14,243 nt of DNA from a virus. Taxonomy: Duplodnaviria; Heunggongvirae; Uroviricota; Caudoviricetes. The position numbers and the translations under genes were made by a program. Location: the IMG/VR virus record IMGVR_UViG_2698536676_000001. One strand, 5' to 3'. Below the pieces are notes generated by a model that was given only the letters and a program-made list of their open reading frames with translations, had not been told where the DNA came from and did not search any database. Below are positions 1 through 11,017 of the stretch, piece by piece; position 1 is the stretch's first letter; every line of letters starts with the position of its first letter.

Positions 1-65
1 AAAGTCGAATCTACAGACACTTCCGGCCTGCCAGTAACGTTTCCCGAACAACCAGAATGAGAGAA

Positions 66-93
66 GGCCCGCTATCGGGCCTTAATTTTTACT
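66..93 (+). terminator. Rho-independent terminator-like hairpin (GGCCCG-CTAT-CGGGCC) followed by T-rich tract; sits at a probable boundary between lambda-derived DNA and unrelated DNA
   Basis: Perfect 6-bp GC stem with 4-nt loop at 66-81, then TTAATTTTTACT on the plus strand; on the minus strand the same hairpin directly follows the TAA stop of the 826-aa ORF. A plus-strand reading frame ends at TGA 58-60 just upstream. Confidence 0.4.
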
Positions 94-2562
94 CTGGTTT
101 TTGTGGCCATTCAGGATTTGCCGTATCCACACGGCTGACCAGAACACTGTAGCGTTACGGGCCATGTCATACACTGCCTTCATCATCTGTGGACCTGGCA
201 GACCATTCGTACCGTCGTTCTGAATCACCACGTGATTGTTCTGATTAAAATTAATGCCTTCCGCCCGCCGCATCTGCGCCGGACTTCCGGCACCGCCCAC
301 ATAACCACCTTCCGCATAGCCGCGCATCAGCCGGTAGAGATTTCCCACGCCAATCCGGCTGGTTGCCTCCTTCGTGAAGACAAATTCACCACGGTGAACA
401 ATCCCCGCTGGCTCATATTTGCCGCCAGTTCCCGTAAATCCCCCGGTCGCAAAATGGAATTTTGCCGCAGCAGCCTGAATGGCTGTACCGCCTGACACTG
501 ATGCGCCACCACCGGCAGCACCGCCAATGGCGCTGCCGATACTCCCGACAATTCCCACCATTGCCTGCTTAAGCAGAATTTCTGTCATCATGGACAGCAC
601 GGAACGGGTGAAGCTGCGCCAGTTCTGCTCACTGCCGGTCAGCATCGCCGCCATATTCTGTGCAATACCATCAAAGGTCTGCGTGGCAGCACTTTTAACC
701 TGCGACATACTGTCCGTGGCGCTCTCTTTCCACTCACTCCAGCCTGACCTGAGGCCTGCCATCCAGCTCCCGCGAAGCTGGTCTTCAGCTGCCCAGGTCT
801 TTTTCTGCTCTGACATGACGTTATTCAGCGCCAGAGGATTATCGCCATACTGTTCCTTCAGGCGCTGTTCCGTGGCTTCCCTCGCTGCCTGCCGGTCAGT
901 CAGCCCCCGGTTTTTCGCATCAATGGCGGCCCGTTTTGCCCGTTGCTGCTGTGCGAATTTATCCGCCTGCTGTGCCAGCGCGTTCAGGTGTTCCTGATAG
1001 GTGACCTTGTCGCCAAGTGCAGCCAGCTGGCGTTTGTACTCCAGCGTCTCATCTTTATGCGCCAGCAGGGATTTCTCCTGTGCAGACAGCTGGCGACGTT
1101 GCGCCGCCTCCTCCAGTACCGCGAACTGACTCTCCGCCTTCCACAAATCCCGGCGCTGCTGGCTGATTTTTTCATTCGCTCCACTATGCTGCTCAAGCAT
1201 TTTTAGTTCAGCTTGTAACGCAAGAAGAGCTGCATGTGCTCGATCTTCCTGACGCTCTCCCGCAGCGGACTGCTTCGGCTTTTTCAGCGTCGCTTCATAG
1301 TCCTTTTTCGCCGCCGCCATCAGCGTGTTGTAATCTGCCTGCAGGATTTTCCCGTCTTTCAGTGCCTTGTTCAGTTCTTCCTGACGAGCGGTATATTTCT
1401 CCAGCGGCGTCTGCAGGCGTTCGTAAGCCTTCTGCGCCTCTTCGGTATATTTCAGCCGTGATGCCTCAGACTCGGCCCAGTCCTTTGCTGCCATCTCTCT
1501 GGCCTTTTCAAGATCGGCCTGCAACGTGGCGGCTGAAAGCCCAAGTTGCGCATTCGCTCTGTCCTCCCATGCTCCCCGGAGATTGGCAAGAAATGCTGAG
1601 GTTTTACCGCGCCGGTGGCTCCGGCTCTGATACCACTGCCATTTTTTGTCCGCCTCATCAAAAGCCTTTTCTGCTTTCTCCAGCATTCCCTGGGCAGTGT
1701 CCGGGCGACCAATATCCAGCACCGCATCCCACATGGATTTGAATGCCCGTGCTGTCCTGTCTGCCCAGGTCTCCAGCGTGCCCATGTTCTCTTTCAGGCG
1801 GAGGGTCTGGTCATCAAACCCTTTCGTTGCGGCCTCGTTCGCCGCCTGCAATGCCCCGGCTTCATCTCCGGAACGCTGCAACTGAGCAACATACGCAATC
1901 TGCTCCGCCGTCACGTTATGGAACTGACGTGCCATCGCTGTCAGTCCCGACGTCGGGTCTGTGGTCAGCTTCCCGAAGGCTTCAGCGACCTTGTCCACCT
2001 CCACGCCGGATGCAGAGGAGAAACGCGCCACACTCTGGCTGATCGCCTCAAACTGCTCACCACCACGCACACCGGCATTCACCAGCGCCGTCAGTGACTC
2101 GCTGGTCTGGTTAAACGTCAGCCCTGCCGCCTGCCCGGCTCTGGACAGGACCAGCATACGATCTGCCGTCAGTCCCGCCTGATTGCCGGAAAGGACCAGC
2201 GTTTTGTTGAAATCGGACAGGGTTGAGTTGCCCTGATACCAGGCATACGCCAGCGCACCGGTCGCCACCGCCAGCGAGGTGGCCCCCACCATCGGCAGGG
2301 TGATCGCACCGGCAAGCCCCCTGAACATGGGGATCATCCCGCCGAAGGAGTCCTTCACCTGACCACCCTGTTGCAGCAGGATCAGCCACGGACTTTGCCC
2401 GCCTGCAAGCTGCGTGGCCACGTCAGTGAACTGTGCAGGCAGCATACGCATGGCGGCTTTATACTGTCCGACGGAAATGGCCATTGCGGCGGCACCGGGC
2501 ACCGCCGTTCTGCTGATACGGCTGAGGTTTTCAACGGCCTGCTCAAGACCTTTTATGGCCAT
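82..2562 (-). CDS. H: Tail tape measure protein, chimeric: N-terminal ~29 aa of lambda tail completion protein Z fused in frame to lambda H (tape measure) from about H residue 47; C-terminal ~24 aa appear unrelated to H
   Basis: 826-aa ORF. N-terminus MAIKGLEQAVENLSRIS.TAVPGAAAMAI matches the remembered start of lambda gpZ; from ISVGQYKAAMRMLPAQFTDVATQLAGGQSPWLILLQQGG onward it follows lambda gpH (coiled-coil middle, Gly-rich hydrophobic segment, FATGGFTGTGG motif). GGGGGA Shine-Dalgarno 5 nt upstream of ATG; 11-nt gap to FII as for lambda FII-Z. Confidence 0.85.
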   Translation of the reverse strand: MAIKGLEQAVENLSRISRTAVPGAAAMAISVGQYKAAMRMLPAQFTDVATQLAGGQSPWLILLQQGGQVKDSFGGMIPMFRGLAGAITLPMVGATSLAVATGALAYAWYQGNSTLSDFNKTLVLSGNQAGLTADRMLVLSRAGQAAGLTFNQTSESLTALVNAGVRGGEQFEAISQSVARFSSASGVEVDKVAEAFGKLTTDPTSGLTAMARQFHNVTAEQIAYVAQLQRSGDEAGALQAANEAATKGFDDQTLRLKENMGTLETWADRTARAFKSMWDAVLDIGRPDTAQGMLEKAEKAFDEADKKWQWYQSRSHRRGKTSAFLANLRGAWEDRANAQLGLSAATLQADLEKAREMAAKDWAESEASRLKYTEEAQKAYERLQTPLEKYTARQEELNKALKDGKILQADYNTLMAAAKKDYEATLKKPKQSAAGERQEDRAHAALLALQAELKMLEQHSGANEKISQQRRDLWKAESQFAVLEEAAQRRQLSAQEKSLLAHKDETLEYKRQLAALGDKVTYQEHLNALAQQADKFAQQQRAKRAAIDAKNRGLTDRQAAREATEQRLKEQYGDNPLALNNVMSEQKKTWAAEDQLRGSWMAGLRSGWSEWKESATDSMSQVKSAATQTFDGIAQNMAAMLTGSEQNWRSFTRSVLSMMTEILLKQAMVGIVGSIGSAIGGAAGGGASVSGGTAIQAAAAKFHFATGGFTGTGGKYEPAGIVHRGEFVFTKEATSRIGVGNLYRLMRGYAEGGYVGGAGSPAQMRRAEGINFNQNNHVVIQNDGTNGLPGPQMMKAVYDMARNATVFWSAVWIRQILNGHKNQSKN

Positions 2563-2573
2563 ACATCCCCCTT

Positions 2574-2927
2574 TCAGCGGCGACGGTTAACGGCAGGCGG
2601 TACGCCCCGCCCAAGCCAGAGATGACAGCTTCCGCCATCATCCGGCGAAATCCGGTCTATCCAGAAGTTTTCCTCACCGATGGTCAGCGTGTCGCCGCGC
2701 CGCAGCTGCCGCACATCATCAGTCCGGACAAACAGGGACGGGCTGGAGCCTTCAACGCGCACGCCCTGTCCGGCATAGCTGATATTTTCAGGGTCATCAA
2801 AAACACCACGTATCACAGCACCGGACTGCTCACCGGATGTCATGGTGGCTGACGTTCCCATGTACCCGCGTATCGTTTCATCGGCGCAGGCAATGGCAGC
2901 ATCGAACAGGTTATCGAAATCAGCCAC
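2574..2927 (-). CDS. FII: Head-tail joining protein FII (lambda gpFII-like)
   Basis: 117-aa ORF MADFDNLFDAAIA.ADETIRGYMGTSAT... matching remembered lambda gpFII in sequence and length; position after FI as in lambda. Confidence 0.9.
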   Translation of the reverse strand: MADFDNLFDAAIACADETIRGYMGTSATMTSGEQSGAVIRGVFDDPENISYAGQGVRVEGSSPSLFVRTDDVRQLRRGDTLTIGEENFWIDRISPDDGGSCHLWLGRGVPPAVNRRR

Positions 2928-2938
2928 AGCGCCTCCCG

Positions 2939-3334
2939 TTATTGCATTCTGGCCAGGCCACGTTCTGTCATTTCGGCTGCCACACCGGCAGAGACACGAA
3001 ACGCCGTTCCCGGCAGCACAAATGCCACAGGTTCATCCCGCGTGGCGTGAAGTGCATCGGTATGCAGCGTCACCAGTGCCACAACCGTGACCAGAGCAGC
3101 CGTATCAGTCACGGTATCCGTCTGTGCTGATACCACCTCATTTTCATGTCCGGTCAGCGAATTTTCCGGGCTGACAGACGTGTCCTGACCGGCTGCGTCA
3201 TCCGTGTCATCAAGCTCCTCTTCCAGCTCTGCCACACGGAGCGCCAGTTCTTCTTTCGTCCCCGTCAGGCTGACATCACGGTTCAGTTGCTCACCCAGCG
3301 ACCGGAGACGGGCAATCAGTTCATCTTTCGTCAT
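2939..3334 (-). CDS. FI: DNA packaging / head assembly protein FI (lambda gpFI-like)
   Basis: ORF track gives 144 aa, but the start is placed at internal MTKDELIARLRSLGEQLNRDVSLTGTKEELALRVAEL (131 aa), preceded by GGAGG 5 nt upstream; 41-nt gap from E stop as in lambda. Confidence 0.88.
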   Translation of the reverse strand: MTKDELIARLRSLGEQLNRDVSLTGTKEELALRVAELEEELDDTDDAAGQDTSVSPENSLTGHENEVVSAQTDTVTDTAALVTVVALVTLHTDALHATRDEPVAFVLPGTAFRVSAGVAAEMTERGLARMQ

Positions 3335-3375
3335 GGACTCCTCCACAGAGAGACAATGGCCCCGAAGGGCCATGA

Positions 3376-4401
3376 TTACGCCAGTTGAACGGACACGAAC
3401 TCATCAGGATCAGCCAGCAGCATCAGCGGTGCTGACTGAATCATGGTGAACTCTCGCGCCGGATCGCCGGATGTCTTCCAGTTTTTCGGATAACGGGGAG
3501 ACGCATTAATACCCTCACTCAATGCATCCGCATCCTGAATACAGCCATAGGTGCGCAGACCGCGTGCATGAGTGTTCCCCAGCACCATCGTGTTGTCCGG
3601 CAGGAAGTTCTTTTTGACGCCGTTTTCCACGTACTGTCCGGAATACACGACGATGGCCACATCGCCATACATTCCCTTATAAGACACCGCTTTGCCCAGG
3701 TCTTTTACCGCTGTCTCCAGTTCGGAATGAGAGCCGCGACGGGTATCCAGCTTCTCCCTGACGGCTTTGAAGGAACGGAACAGCGCCCAGCCTTTCGGGT
3801 CAAACACGATGATATTCACCACGCCGCTGGCGTTCAGCGCGTAGGCTTCGATATCGTCGGTCGGGTCATACGTGGACTTGTCACGCTTGCTCCACTCCGT
3901 GCCGCCGGACTGCGTGATGTTGTTCGCCGCACTGCGGCCCATATCCACCTCGACCGGATCGAAGGCTTCACCGGTCATGGTGTATTTGCCCTTGAGCACG
4001 GCAGAAACGGCCTGCATCTCTTCGACCTGAGCAATGGCCTGCTCTTCGTCACGCATGTTCTGCATGATGATGCGACGGCGGCGGTAAGCCGGGTCCGCCA
4101 GATTCTGTGGATCTTCATCCGGCAGGCGACGCAGGGTCATCTGCGGATTCACCTCATGCTTCGGCTTGACATATCCCGGCGTAAATTCGGAGGTGGAGCC
4201 GCCACGGGAGCGGATAACCTCACCGGAAACAATCGGCGAAACGTACAGCGCCATATTTACCAATCCCGGAATTTGTGAGAGATAGACTTTCTCCGTGGTG
4301 AAGGGATAGCTTTCACGGAAAAAGAGACGCAGAAACAGCGGATCAAACTTAAATTTCTGCTCATTTGCCGCCAGCAGCTGGGCGGTTGTGTACATCGACA
4401 T
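3376..4401 (-). CDS. E: Major capsid protein E (lambda gpE-like, HK97 fold)
   Basis: Start placed at MSMYTTAQLLAANEQKFKFDPLFLRLFF... giving 341 aa, the lambda gpE length; near-identical to remembered lambda gpE along its length. The upstream 9 codons of the 350-aa ORF are regarded as non-coding. Confidence 0.95.
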   Translation of the reverse strand: MSMYTTAQLLAANEQKFKFDPLFLRLFFRESYPFTTEKVYLSQIPGLVNMALYVSPIVSGEVIRSRGGSTSEFTPGYVKPKHEVNPQMTLRRLPDEDPQNLADPAYRRRRIIMQNMRDEEQAIAQVEEMQAVSAVLKGKYTMTGEAFDPVEVDMGRSAANNITQSGGTEWSKRDKSTYDPTDDIEAYALNASGVVNIIVFDPKGWALFRSFKAVREKLDTRRGSHSELETAVKDLGKAVSYKGMYGDVAIVVYSGQYVENGVKKNFLPDNTMVLGNTHARGLRTYGCIQDADALSEGINASPRYPKNWKTSGDPAREFTMIQSAPLMLLADPDEFVSVQLA

Positions 4402-4413
4402 AAAAAAATCCCG

Positions 4414-4435
4414 TAAAAAAAGCCGCACAGGCGGC
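4414..4435 (-). terminator. Hairpin plus U-tract in the D-E intergenic region (terminator-like or attenuator / mRNA-stabilising structure)
   Basis: Minus strand reads GCCGC-CTGT-GCGGC followed by TTTTTTT, 55-nt intergenic space as in lambda. Function not inferable from sequence; E must still be expressed, so full termination is unlikely. Confidence 0.3.
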
Positions 4436-4456
4436 CTTTAGTGATGAAGGGTAAGG

Positions 4457-4789
4457 TTAAACGATGCTGATTGCCGTTCCGGCAAACGCGGTCCGTTTTT
4501 TCGTCTCATCGCTGGCAGCCTCCGGCCAGAGCACATCCTCATAACGGAACGTGCCGGACTTGTAGAACGTCAGCGTGGTGCTGGTCTGGTCAGCAGCAAC
4601 CGCAAGAATGCCAACGGCAGCACCGTCGGTGGTGCCATCCCACGCAACCAGCTTACGGGTGGAGGTATCCGGCATCAGCGGGGTCATTGCAGGCGCTTTC
4701 GCACTCAATCCGCCGGGCGCGGTTGCGGTATGAGCCGGGTCACTGTTGCCCAGCGGCTGGTCATGGGTAAAGGTTTCTTTGCTCGTCAT
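4457..4789 (-). CDS. D: Capsid decoration protein D (lambda gpD-like)
   Basis: Start placed at [37 protein letters not shown]... giving 110 aa (lambda gpD length); matches remembered gpD; 9-nt gap after C stop as in lambda. Confidence 0.95.
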   Translation of the reverse strand: MTSKETFTHDQPLGNSDPAHTATAPGGLSAKAPAMTPLMPDTSTRKLVAWDGTTDGAAVGILAVAADQTSTTLTFYKSGTFRYEDVLWPEAASDETKKRTAFAGTAISIV

Positions 4790-4798
4790 AAACATCCC

Positions 4799-5404
4799 TT
4801 ACACTGGTGTGTTCAGCAAATCGTTAACGGCATCAGATGCCGGGTTACCTGCAGCCAGCGGTGCCGGTGCCCCCTGCATCAGACGATCCAGCGCAGTGTC
4901 ACTGCGCGCCTGTGCACTCTGTGGTGCTGCGGCCAGAATGCGGCGGGCCGTTTCCACGGTCATACCGGGGGTTTCTGCCAGCACGCGTGCCTGTTCTTCG
5001 CGTCCGTGAGCCTCCTCACAGTTGAGGATCCCCATAATGCGGCTGTTTTCTGCCGCAACCGCTGCGGTGATCTGCGCGTTCACGTCCGGCTGCGCCGCGC
5101 TGGCGTTTTCGCCATCCGTCGCTGGCTCCATGCTGGTGATGTCAGCCTGCGAGGCAGTAGCTGAAGCAGTTGTTGATTGAGTCTCTTTGGTCATTCGCCC
5201 TCCTGAGAGACGGGATTTACGTGCATCCAGTGCATCACGCATGACGGTGATCGCATCGGTGCTGTTAACAAGTTCATCAGCCAGTCCGGCATCAATGGCC
5301 TCCTGACCGCTGTACACTGCAGCTTCGGTATCCAGCACAGCCTGCACGGACAGGCCGGTATATGCCGACACCTTCTGCGCAAACATCCGGCGGGTTGCGT
5401 CCAT
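4799..5404 (-). CDS. Nu3: Scaffolding protein Nu3, in-frame internal start within C
   Basis: Internal ATG (MDATRRMFAQKVSAYTG...) yields exactly 201 aa to the C stop, the remembered lambda Nu3 length. Nesting of Nu3 inside the C frame is established for lambda; independent initiation here is inferred. Confidence 0.55.
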   Translation of the reverse strand: MDATRRMFAQKVSAYTGLSVQAVLDTEAAVYSGQEAIDAGLADELVNSTDAITVMRDALDARKSRLSGGRMTKETQSTTASATASQADITSMEPATDGENASAAQPDVNAQITAAVAAENSRIMGILNCEEAHGREEQARVLAETPGMTVETARRILAAAPQSAQARSDTALDRLMQGAPAPLAAGNPASDAVNDLLNTPV

Positions 5405-6098
5405 CCGGGACTGCAGTGTCTCCCGGACGTCATCAGGAAGATGGCTGTAGGGGTTGCCATCCACCTTATGGCTGCCGCTGTAAATCAGCGTGATTTCCAC
5501 CCCCTGTTTCTCCAGCGCAGCACCGTAATTACTGTGAGCCATCATGACGCCGATGGAGCCTGTCCGGGCGGTCTGTGTGACCAGACGCCGGGAGGCGGCG
5601 CTGGCAAGCAGCTGACCTGCACTGCAGTTCATGTCGTTGGCCAGCGCCCATACCGGTTTTATGTCACGCACACGGGCGATGATGTCAGCACAGTCAAATG
5701 CTCCCGCCACCATTCCGCCTGGCGTGTCCATATCCAGCAGAATGCCGTCCACCATCGGGTCGCTGGCAGCCTGTTGCAGACGGGCGATAATGCCGTTGTA
5801 ACCGGTCATCCCCGAATACGGCTTCAGCGCCCGCGTCCGGCTGACCAGCGTGCCGGACACCGGCAGCACGGCGATGCCGTTCATGACCTGATAACTGCGG
5901 GCCTGTCGTGGTCCGTCACCATCACCGGATAACGCCAGCGTCGCGGGTGCCTCTCCGGCTGTCAGGCTGTCGCCGGACACCGCATCCGTCAGGCGGCTGA
6001 TCCCAAGCTGGCCTGCAAGCGCACAAAAGAAAACCCGCGCATAGGCGGGTTCAAGCATCAGCGGCTCATTAAAAGCCATGCTGGCAATATGCGGGAGA

Positions 6099-6118
<20 letters not shown>
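4799..6118 (-). CDS. C: Prohead protease / scaffold protein C (S49 ClpP-like serine peptidase family, lambda gpC-like)
   Basis: GTG start at 6116-6118 preceded by AGGAGGAG, giving 439 aa (VTAELRNLPHIASMAFNEPLMLEPAYARVFF...), the lambda gpC length; start overlaps the 3' end of B by 20 nt as in lambda. The ORF-track extension to 6253 is upstream read-through in the same frame. Confidence 0.9.
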
Positions 6119-9093
<2,975 letters not shown>

Positions 9094-9131
9094 GTCCTCC
9101 TGAAAATTACCTCATGACCAGAAATCAACAC

Positions 9132-10202
9132 TTACCCCCTGAAGCCCGGTGGAATTTCGGTATCCGGTTCAGAAATATGATTCACACAACGCTGGTTGTT
9201 CGTGCCGCTTACCGGGAGCAGCCAGGGGTTTTCAAAATTCCGGTCCGGTCCAAAAAACGTCGTCGCTCGCTGAACAAATTCCGTTCCCGTTTTCCCGGTA
9301 GCCGCAAGGTATCTTGCGTAACGCCTCACGCCATCCAGCATGGCCTCTGGTGACACCCCCTCGCGTAATCTGGCCTTCCAGGCACTGAAAGCGGATTTCT
9401 TCGGGTTTGCCCCAGCACGCAACGGGTATTCCCGCCAGACCTGTTCGAACACATCCGGATAATCCACTCGTCTCACAGGCTGCCCGGTGTTTTCCGTGAC
9501 TACCCGATCGGCTTCCCGCTGAATGGCGGAATCGGCTTCAGGCTGCTGCAGTTGGTGTGATTGCTCCGGCCTTGCGGTCATCACCTGCTGCACAGCGCCC
9601 GAATCGGCTTTCAGCGCATACGCTGAATCGGCTTCCGGTGTCGTGCCTGCTGGCTGACCAAGATTGACGGTCTGAACATCCCCTGCCTGGTTCGTGGCGT
9701 TTTTTACGCCATGGACCATAGTGTTTTGATCTTCTTGATCTGTATCTTTATCTGTATCTTTATCTGTCGTGACTCGTCGTGACATGTGCGTGACATTTCG
9801 TGACGCGCCGTGACAATCGCCATTTTGTTCCCGCTTTCTTTCCCTCTCTCGCTGCGCCCTCTTGCGCTCTGCAGGAGATTTTGCGGTTTGCGAAATATTG
9901 CCGTTGTCCTCTTTAAGCACCTGGCGTTTTTCCCATCCAGTGATTAAATCACCATCAAGTACCCGCCCCTGCATCGTCTGCAAAATTGAATCAATTACCT
10001 CTTCTGTCACGTCGAGCGCACTTGCCAAATCTTCTGTCGTGACATCAATGTGACCTCGCGTGACATTTCGTGACGCGCTCACCAGGAGGTGGATATACAC
10101 TGCCATCACTGTTGCAATTGACTGCCCTGACACCCTGGCAATTGTTCGCCACTTAGGGTCATTTGGCATGTCATGCCATAATCTGAGCCAGGCGTTAGCC
10201 AT
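9132..10202 (-). CDS. Phage replication initiation / replisome organiser-like protein (Rac/e14 type), with internal iteron-encoded linker
   Basis: 356 aa from ATG at 10202 (GAGGTG Shine-Dalgarno; the track's 10208 is a GTG two codons upstream). N-terminal region MANAWLRLWHDMPNDPKWRTIARVSGQSIATV... looks like a DNA-binding domain; low-complexity acidic linker (DKDTDKDTDQED); position directly downstream of cro and ydaT-like genes. Family assignment is from gene context and memory, not a search. Confidence 0.6.
   Translation of the reverse strand: MANAWLRLWHDMPNDPKWRTIARVSGQSIATVMAVYIHLLVSASRNVTRGHIDVTTEDLASALDVTEEVIDSILQTMQGRVLDGDLITGWEKRQVLKEDNGNISQTAKSPAERKRAQRERERKREQNGDCHGASRNVTHMSRRVTTDKDTDKDTDQEDQNTMVHGVKNATNQAGDVQTVNLGQPAGTTPEADSAYALKADSGAVQQVMTARPEQSHQLQQPEADSAIQREADRVVTENTGQPVRRVDYPDVFEQVWREYPLRAGANPKKSAFSAWKARLREGVSPEAMLDGVRRYARYLAATGKTGTEFVQRATTFFGPDRNFENPWLLPVSGTNNQRCVNHISEPDTEIPPGFRG
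9739..9815. repeat. Iteron-like array 1: 2.5 tandem copies of 12-bp TCTGTATCTTTA followed by five CGTGAC repeats at 10-11 bp spacing
   Basis: Direct reading: tandem unit at 9739-9750 and 9751-9762 with a partial third copy; CGTGAC at 9768, 9778, 9789, 9799, 9809. Lies inside the replication gene. Confidence 0.6.
10038..10078. repeat. Iteron-like array 2: four (C/T)GTGAC repeats at 10-11 bp spacing, sharing an exact 21-bp segment GCGTGACATTTCGTGACGCGC with array 1
   Basis: CGTGAC at 10038, 10059, 10069 and TGTGAC at 10049; the 21-mer at 10058-10078 is identical to 9788-9808. Confidence 0.6.
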
Positions 10203-10273
10203 ACTCACCTCTTCTGATACCGAATCTTTTTACTCACGAGTTGCCGGAAGTGATTCGATATGGCTATTATCAC

Positions 10274-10699
10274 TCAATGCACTGCCACAGCATTTCCTGC
10301 CGGGCCACCACGGTTCATCTGATTGAAACCGGCGATTGCCACTGCGACAAAATCATCAGCGTCTCTCACCAGTCGCTCCCGCGTCTCCACCAGCTCCCGA
10401 AAATAAGCTGAACTGTGGCTGCGCATTCTGGCCACCAGCAAAGGTGGCATTGCCTTTTCGATCGCTGGTAACAACGCCTGAATTTTTTCAACTGCATCAG
10501 GGGTGTCTTTCTCTATCCAGCGGAAAATTTTCTGGGTATTGCGAGCCAGGGCTTCCGGATGGCTGTCGTCATACAGTTCTGGGAACGTCATACCCAACTC
10601 AAAATAAGCCTGGGTTATTCCAGCTGCTGGAACTTTTTCGCCATCAGGACGCGCCCAGGCATTCATCGCCATGCGGATGTGTTCATGCTTGATTTTCAT
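10274..10699 (-). CDS. YdaT-like prophage regulatory protein (CII-position protein of Rac-type immunity regions)
   Basis: 141 aa, begins MKIKHEHI and ends ...AVAVH, resembling remembered Rac YdaT termini; start codon overlaps the stop of the upstream cro-like gene (ATGA), implying translational coupling. Confidence 0.6.
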   Translation of the reverse strand: MKIKHEHIRMAMNAWARPDGEKVPAAGITQAYFELGMTFPELYDDSHPEALARNTQKIFRWIEKDTPDAVEKIQALLPAIEKAMPPLLVARMRSHSSAYFRELVETRERLVRDADDFVAVAIAGFNQMNRGGPAGNAVAVH

Positions 10700-10926
10700 G
10701 AATCCCCCCCTTGGTTAGAAGGCGGATTATGATCAGAACCGGGAATGACAACCGTCGGTATGTGTAACTCATATTTGAGCGCCCCGGCAGTGACTGCCTG
10801 AATTAGCAACGCCCATTTCCACGGAACCTCTTCCCCCCACATGCTGACTGTGGTTTTTGACGTTCCTAGAGCTGCGGCTGTTTTAACAACTCCGCCAAAA
10901 TAGCCTAATACTTCTGATTTTTTCAT
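10696..10926 (-). CDS. Cro/YdaS-like HTH DNA-binding protein (lytic-side repressor)
   Basis: Start placed at internal MKKSEVLGYFGGVVKTAAALGTSKTTVSMW (76 aa) because GGAG lies 8 nt upstream; helix-turn-helix signature; divergent from the CI-like gene across an operator-containing intergenic region. Confidence 0.65.
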   Translation of the reverse strand: MKKSEVLGYFGGVVKTAAALGTSKTTVSMWGEEVPWKWALLIQAVTAGALKYELHIPTVVIPGSDHNPPSNQGGDS

Positions 10927-11017
10927 GAGTCGCTCCATAAAACTGAACGCCAAAAGTTTAATAATCAAAACCAAAGAAAGTCAAGAAACAAAACCATCTG
11001 TGTTTTAAAATCAAAAC
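10927..11017. promoter_or_regulatory. Divergent immunity control region (OR-like): two 18-bp operator-like sites plus candidate PR-like and PRM-like promoters
   Basis: Related sites AGTTTAATAATCAAAACC (10955-10972) and TGTTTTAAAATCAAAACA (11001-11018), each TGTTTT-N6-AAAACA-like and 15/18 identical. Minus-strand TTGACT -35 at 10979-10984 with a -10 overlapping site 1 (cro side). Plus-strand TAAAAT -10 at 11006-11011, immediately before the cI-like ATG (repressor side). Confidence 0.45.

Noticed and set aside
82-2562. An intact, native tape-measure gene of an unusual phage lacking a tail tube
   Set aside because: The N-terminal 29 residues match tail completion protein Z rather than any tape-measure N-terminus, and the spacing to FII is that of the lambda FII-Z junction, so a deletion fusion is more parsimonious.
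232-2625. Numerous plus-strand ORFs of 60-170 aa (232-495, 479-997, 943-1206, 1236-1742, 1615-2097, 1743-2042, 2371-2625 and others) lying inside the tape-measure gene
   Set aside because: They are antisense to a strongly supported 826-aa gene in GC-rich DNA, have Pro/Arg/Ser-rich low-complexity translations and no ribosome-binding sites; typical shadow ORFs.
3376-4428. Longer starts suggested by the ORF track for E (4428), D (4795), FI (3373), C (6253) and the cro-like gene (10974)
   Set aside because: Internal start codons reproduce the known lambda protein N-termini and lengths and carry better Shine-Dalgarno sequences; the upstream extensions are read-through of intergenic sequence.
9739-10078. 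CRISPR array, suggested by regularly spaced short repeats
   Set aside because: The repeat unit is only 6 bp with 10-11 bp period, lies inside a protein-coding frame, and there are no spacers of CRISPR size or cas genes; iterons are the better explanation.
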